Below are positions 62,561-64,000 of a stretch of DNA of 64,000 bases, piece by piece. Source of the DNA: a virus (lineage: Duplodnaviria > Caudoviricetes); IMG/VR virus record IMGVR_UViG_3300025295_000098, positions 1-64,000 of that record, one strand, 5' to 3'. The position numbers were made by a program, and so were the translations under genes. The notes under the pieces are model-generated. The model saw only the letters and a list, made by a program, of their open reading frames with translations. It was not told the DNA's origin and searched no databases. Numbering within the stretch: position 1 is the stretch's first letter; each line of letters opens with the position of its first letter.

Positions 62561-62941
62561 GTGGCCGTCCTTTCCTTCAATAAGCTCCGCCAACTCTGCG
62601 GCAATCCTCAGCTCGATGGCCAGCAGATGCAGACGATCATCGATAGCATCTTCAAGCCGCGGTACATCGTCGTGCCGGATACGACGCTGACGATCGGCGA
62701 CGATCACCGCGGCGCTATCCTGCGCTTCACCTCCGCCTCAGCCATTACCGTCACTCTGCCGACCACCTATACGAACGATGACGGCTTTCTCTTCGGCTTC
62801 ATCCAATACGGTGCAGGGCAGATAACCTTCACGTCGGCCGGTACGATCCGCGGCGGCGTTCATTCCTCGGCGCAGTATAGCCAAGGCGCCGCCGAACTTC
62901 TGGATAATGGCGAATGGCTGATGACGGGAGTTTCGGCATGA
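62561..62941 (+). CDS. Virion-associated-like beta protein
   Basis: GGAG RBS, GTG start; TLTIGDDHRG.IL.FTSASAITVTLP...FI Q.GAGQITF, a fibre-type motif. Confidence 0.6.
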   Translation: MAVLSFNKLRQLCGNPQLDGQQMQTIIDSIFKPRYIVVPDTTLTIGDDHRGAILRFTSASAITVTLPTTYTNDDGFLFGFIQYGAGQITFTSAGTIRGGVHSSAQYSQGAAELLDNGEWLMTGVSA

Positions 62942-64000
62942 CGCTTGCTCTTGGGCCGCAGCGATTTGCGCTGGTTACGAAAACCGGCGGGGGCAGTGTC
63001 CCCACTAAATTAATACGACCTTTCGGTGGAAGGTTCGCATATGCGTCTGCCTTGACGGCTGACCCTGCGAAGAACATGGACCACTCTCGGCCGCCGATCT
63101 ACACCAACACCACAGGCGTCACCCTTACAGAACTTCGTGTCCTGTTCTGCAATTGGGTGGTGACGGCCTCCTCGGATAACTTCCCGACCAATCAGAGCAT
63201 TATCTGGAAGGCCGGGTTCCAGGCTTCCAGCCTTACAGCAGCCTCGAAGGTTCCCGGCACGTCTGTCACTATCCCGGCAGGCGGCTTCGACTATTCGATC
63301 ATCAGCGGCTTGAACATCGCTCCAGGCGATCAGTTCTACATCAACTGCCGAGCCGAGGGCACGTTGAACAAGCAGTTCCCCCTATCCTTTACGAATAACT
63401 CCCCGACGAGGCTTGCCTATTTCGGAACGGACACGGGAGACTACACACTCACGGGCTCAGGCCTCCAGCCTACTGGTGGCGGTAACGGCGTTATTCCGTT
63501 CGCCATTCTCGGCAATGAGGTTGGCCTATGGCAGAAGGTCATCGGCCTTTACGGCGACAGTATCCAAATCGGGGCCACGGGCGTGGGCTTCTCTGAAAAC
63601 GCGTGCCTTGATGCCGGTGCGGCCTGTATAAATCTCGCCGTGTCCGGCGCCCAGATCAACGGGCAAAACCTCACAAACCGTCATCTTATCGCGCAGGCGC
63701 TGGGCGTTACGATCGCCTACACCGACTACGGGATCAACGATCTCGTGATCGGGGGGCGAACGGGCGCTCAGGTCATTACCAGCCTGAATGCCTTCTGGAC
63801 CACGTTAAAATCCAAGGGCTTCACGGTTATCCAGCACACGATCTCCCCCAAGTCCACGCAGATAGTAGTCGGCCCTGACTGGTCCGCATCAAACCAGACC
63901 ACGACGGCCTACAAGCCCGACATCGACACAATTAACGCTCACATTCGTAGCGGCGGCGCCGGTTTGCTGGATGGCTATTGGGACTATTCGGACGTGATGT
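62938..64000 (+). CDS. Multi-domain SGNH hydrolase (truncated by window end)
   Basis: ATGA-coupled and open to the end of the window; my translation gives a beta-rich N-domain, then IGLYGDSI, INLAVSG, YGIND; absent from the ORF track (no stop). Confidence 0.8.
   Translation, partial: MTLALGPQRFALVTKTGGGSVPTKLIRPFGGRFAYASALTADPAKNMDHSRPPIYTNTTGVTLTELRVLFCNWVVTASSDNFPTNQSIIWKAGFQASSLTAASKVPGTSVTIPAGGFDYSIISGLNIAPGDQFYINCRAEGTLNKQFPLSFTNNSPTRLAYFGTDTGDYTLTGSGLQPTGGGNGVIPFAILGNEVGLWQKVIGLYGDSIQIGATGVGFSENACLDAGAACINLAVSGAQINGQNLTNRHLIAQALGVTIAYTDYGINDLVIGGRTGAQVITSLNAFWTTLKSKGFTVIQHTISPKSTQIVVGPDWSASNQTTTAYKPDIDTINAHIRSGGAGLLDGYWDYSDVM

Larger units (their letters stand above)
1502..64000. mobile_element. 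Temperate myovirus-type prophage (right end beyond window)
   Basis: Integrase next to a split tRNA, cI/cro switch, replication, terminase, portal, capsid, sheath, tube, baseplate, fibre and endolysin genes in lambdoid order. Confidence 0.97.

Noticed and set aside
56831-64000. Diversity-generating retroelement or invertible tail-fibre cassette
   Set aside because: No reverse transcriptase, no invertase and no TR/VR-like near-duplicate noticed in the window
1-64000. CRISPR array or anti-CRISPR/aca locus
   Set aside because: No regularly spaced repeats seen; small early ORFs cannot be assigned as Acr from sequence alone

Overview
Most of this window (about 1502 to beyond 64000) is a temperate, contractile-tailed (myovirus-type) prophage. 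The host looks alphaproteobacterial, probably Rhizobiaceae, judged from the GC-rich codon usage, the tRNA-Cys sequence and a GapR-like gene. Positions 1-1460 are host DNA with three small genes. The prophage starts inside the anticodon arm of a tRNA-Cys gene, and only the 5' half of that gene remains here. Gene order is lambdoid: int/xis and a long leftward early operon (Lar-like, MazG-like, HNH, NinB-like, RecT-like), then an immunity region (Arc-like, catalytically dead S24 domain, cI, cro, four operator-like palindromes). The rightward early operon holds a GapR-ParB fusion, a Cuckoo-like hairpin RNA, a four-enzyme DNA-modification-like cluster, RusA, a replication protein, a stand-alone GGQ release-factor domain and a NusG paralogue. 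The late region has a promoter, HNH-AP2, a tRNA(CAT), a ubiquitin-like-domain protein, terminases, portal, a Nudix-protease fusion, capsid, sheath/tube/baseplate, fibres, SGNH esterases and lysis genes. attR lies beyond the window. All family assignments are by-eye motif recognition; no database searches were run.
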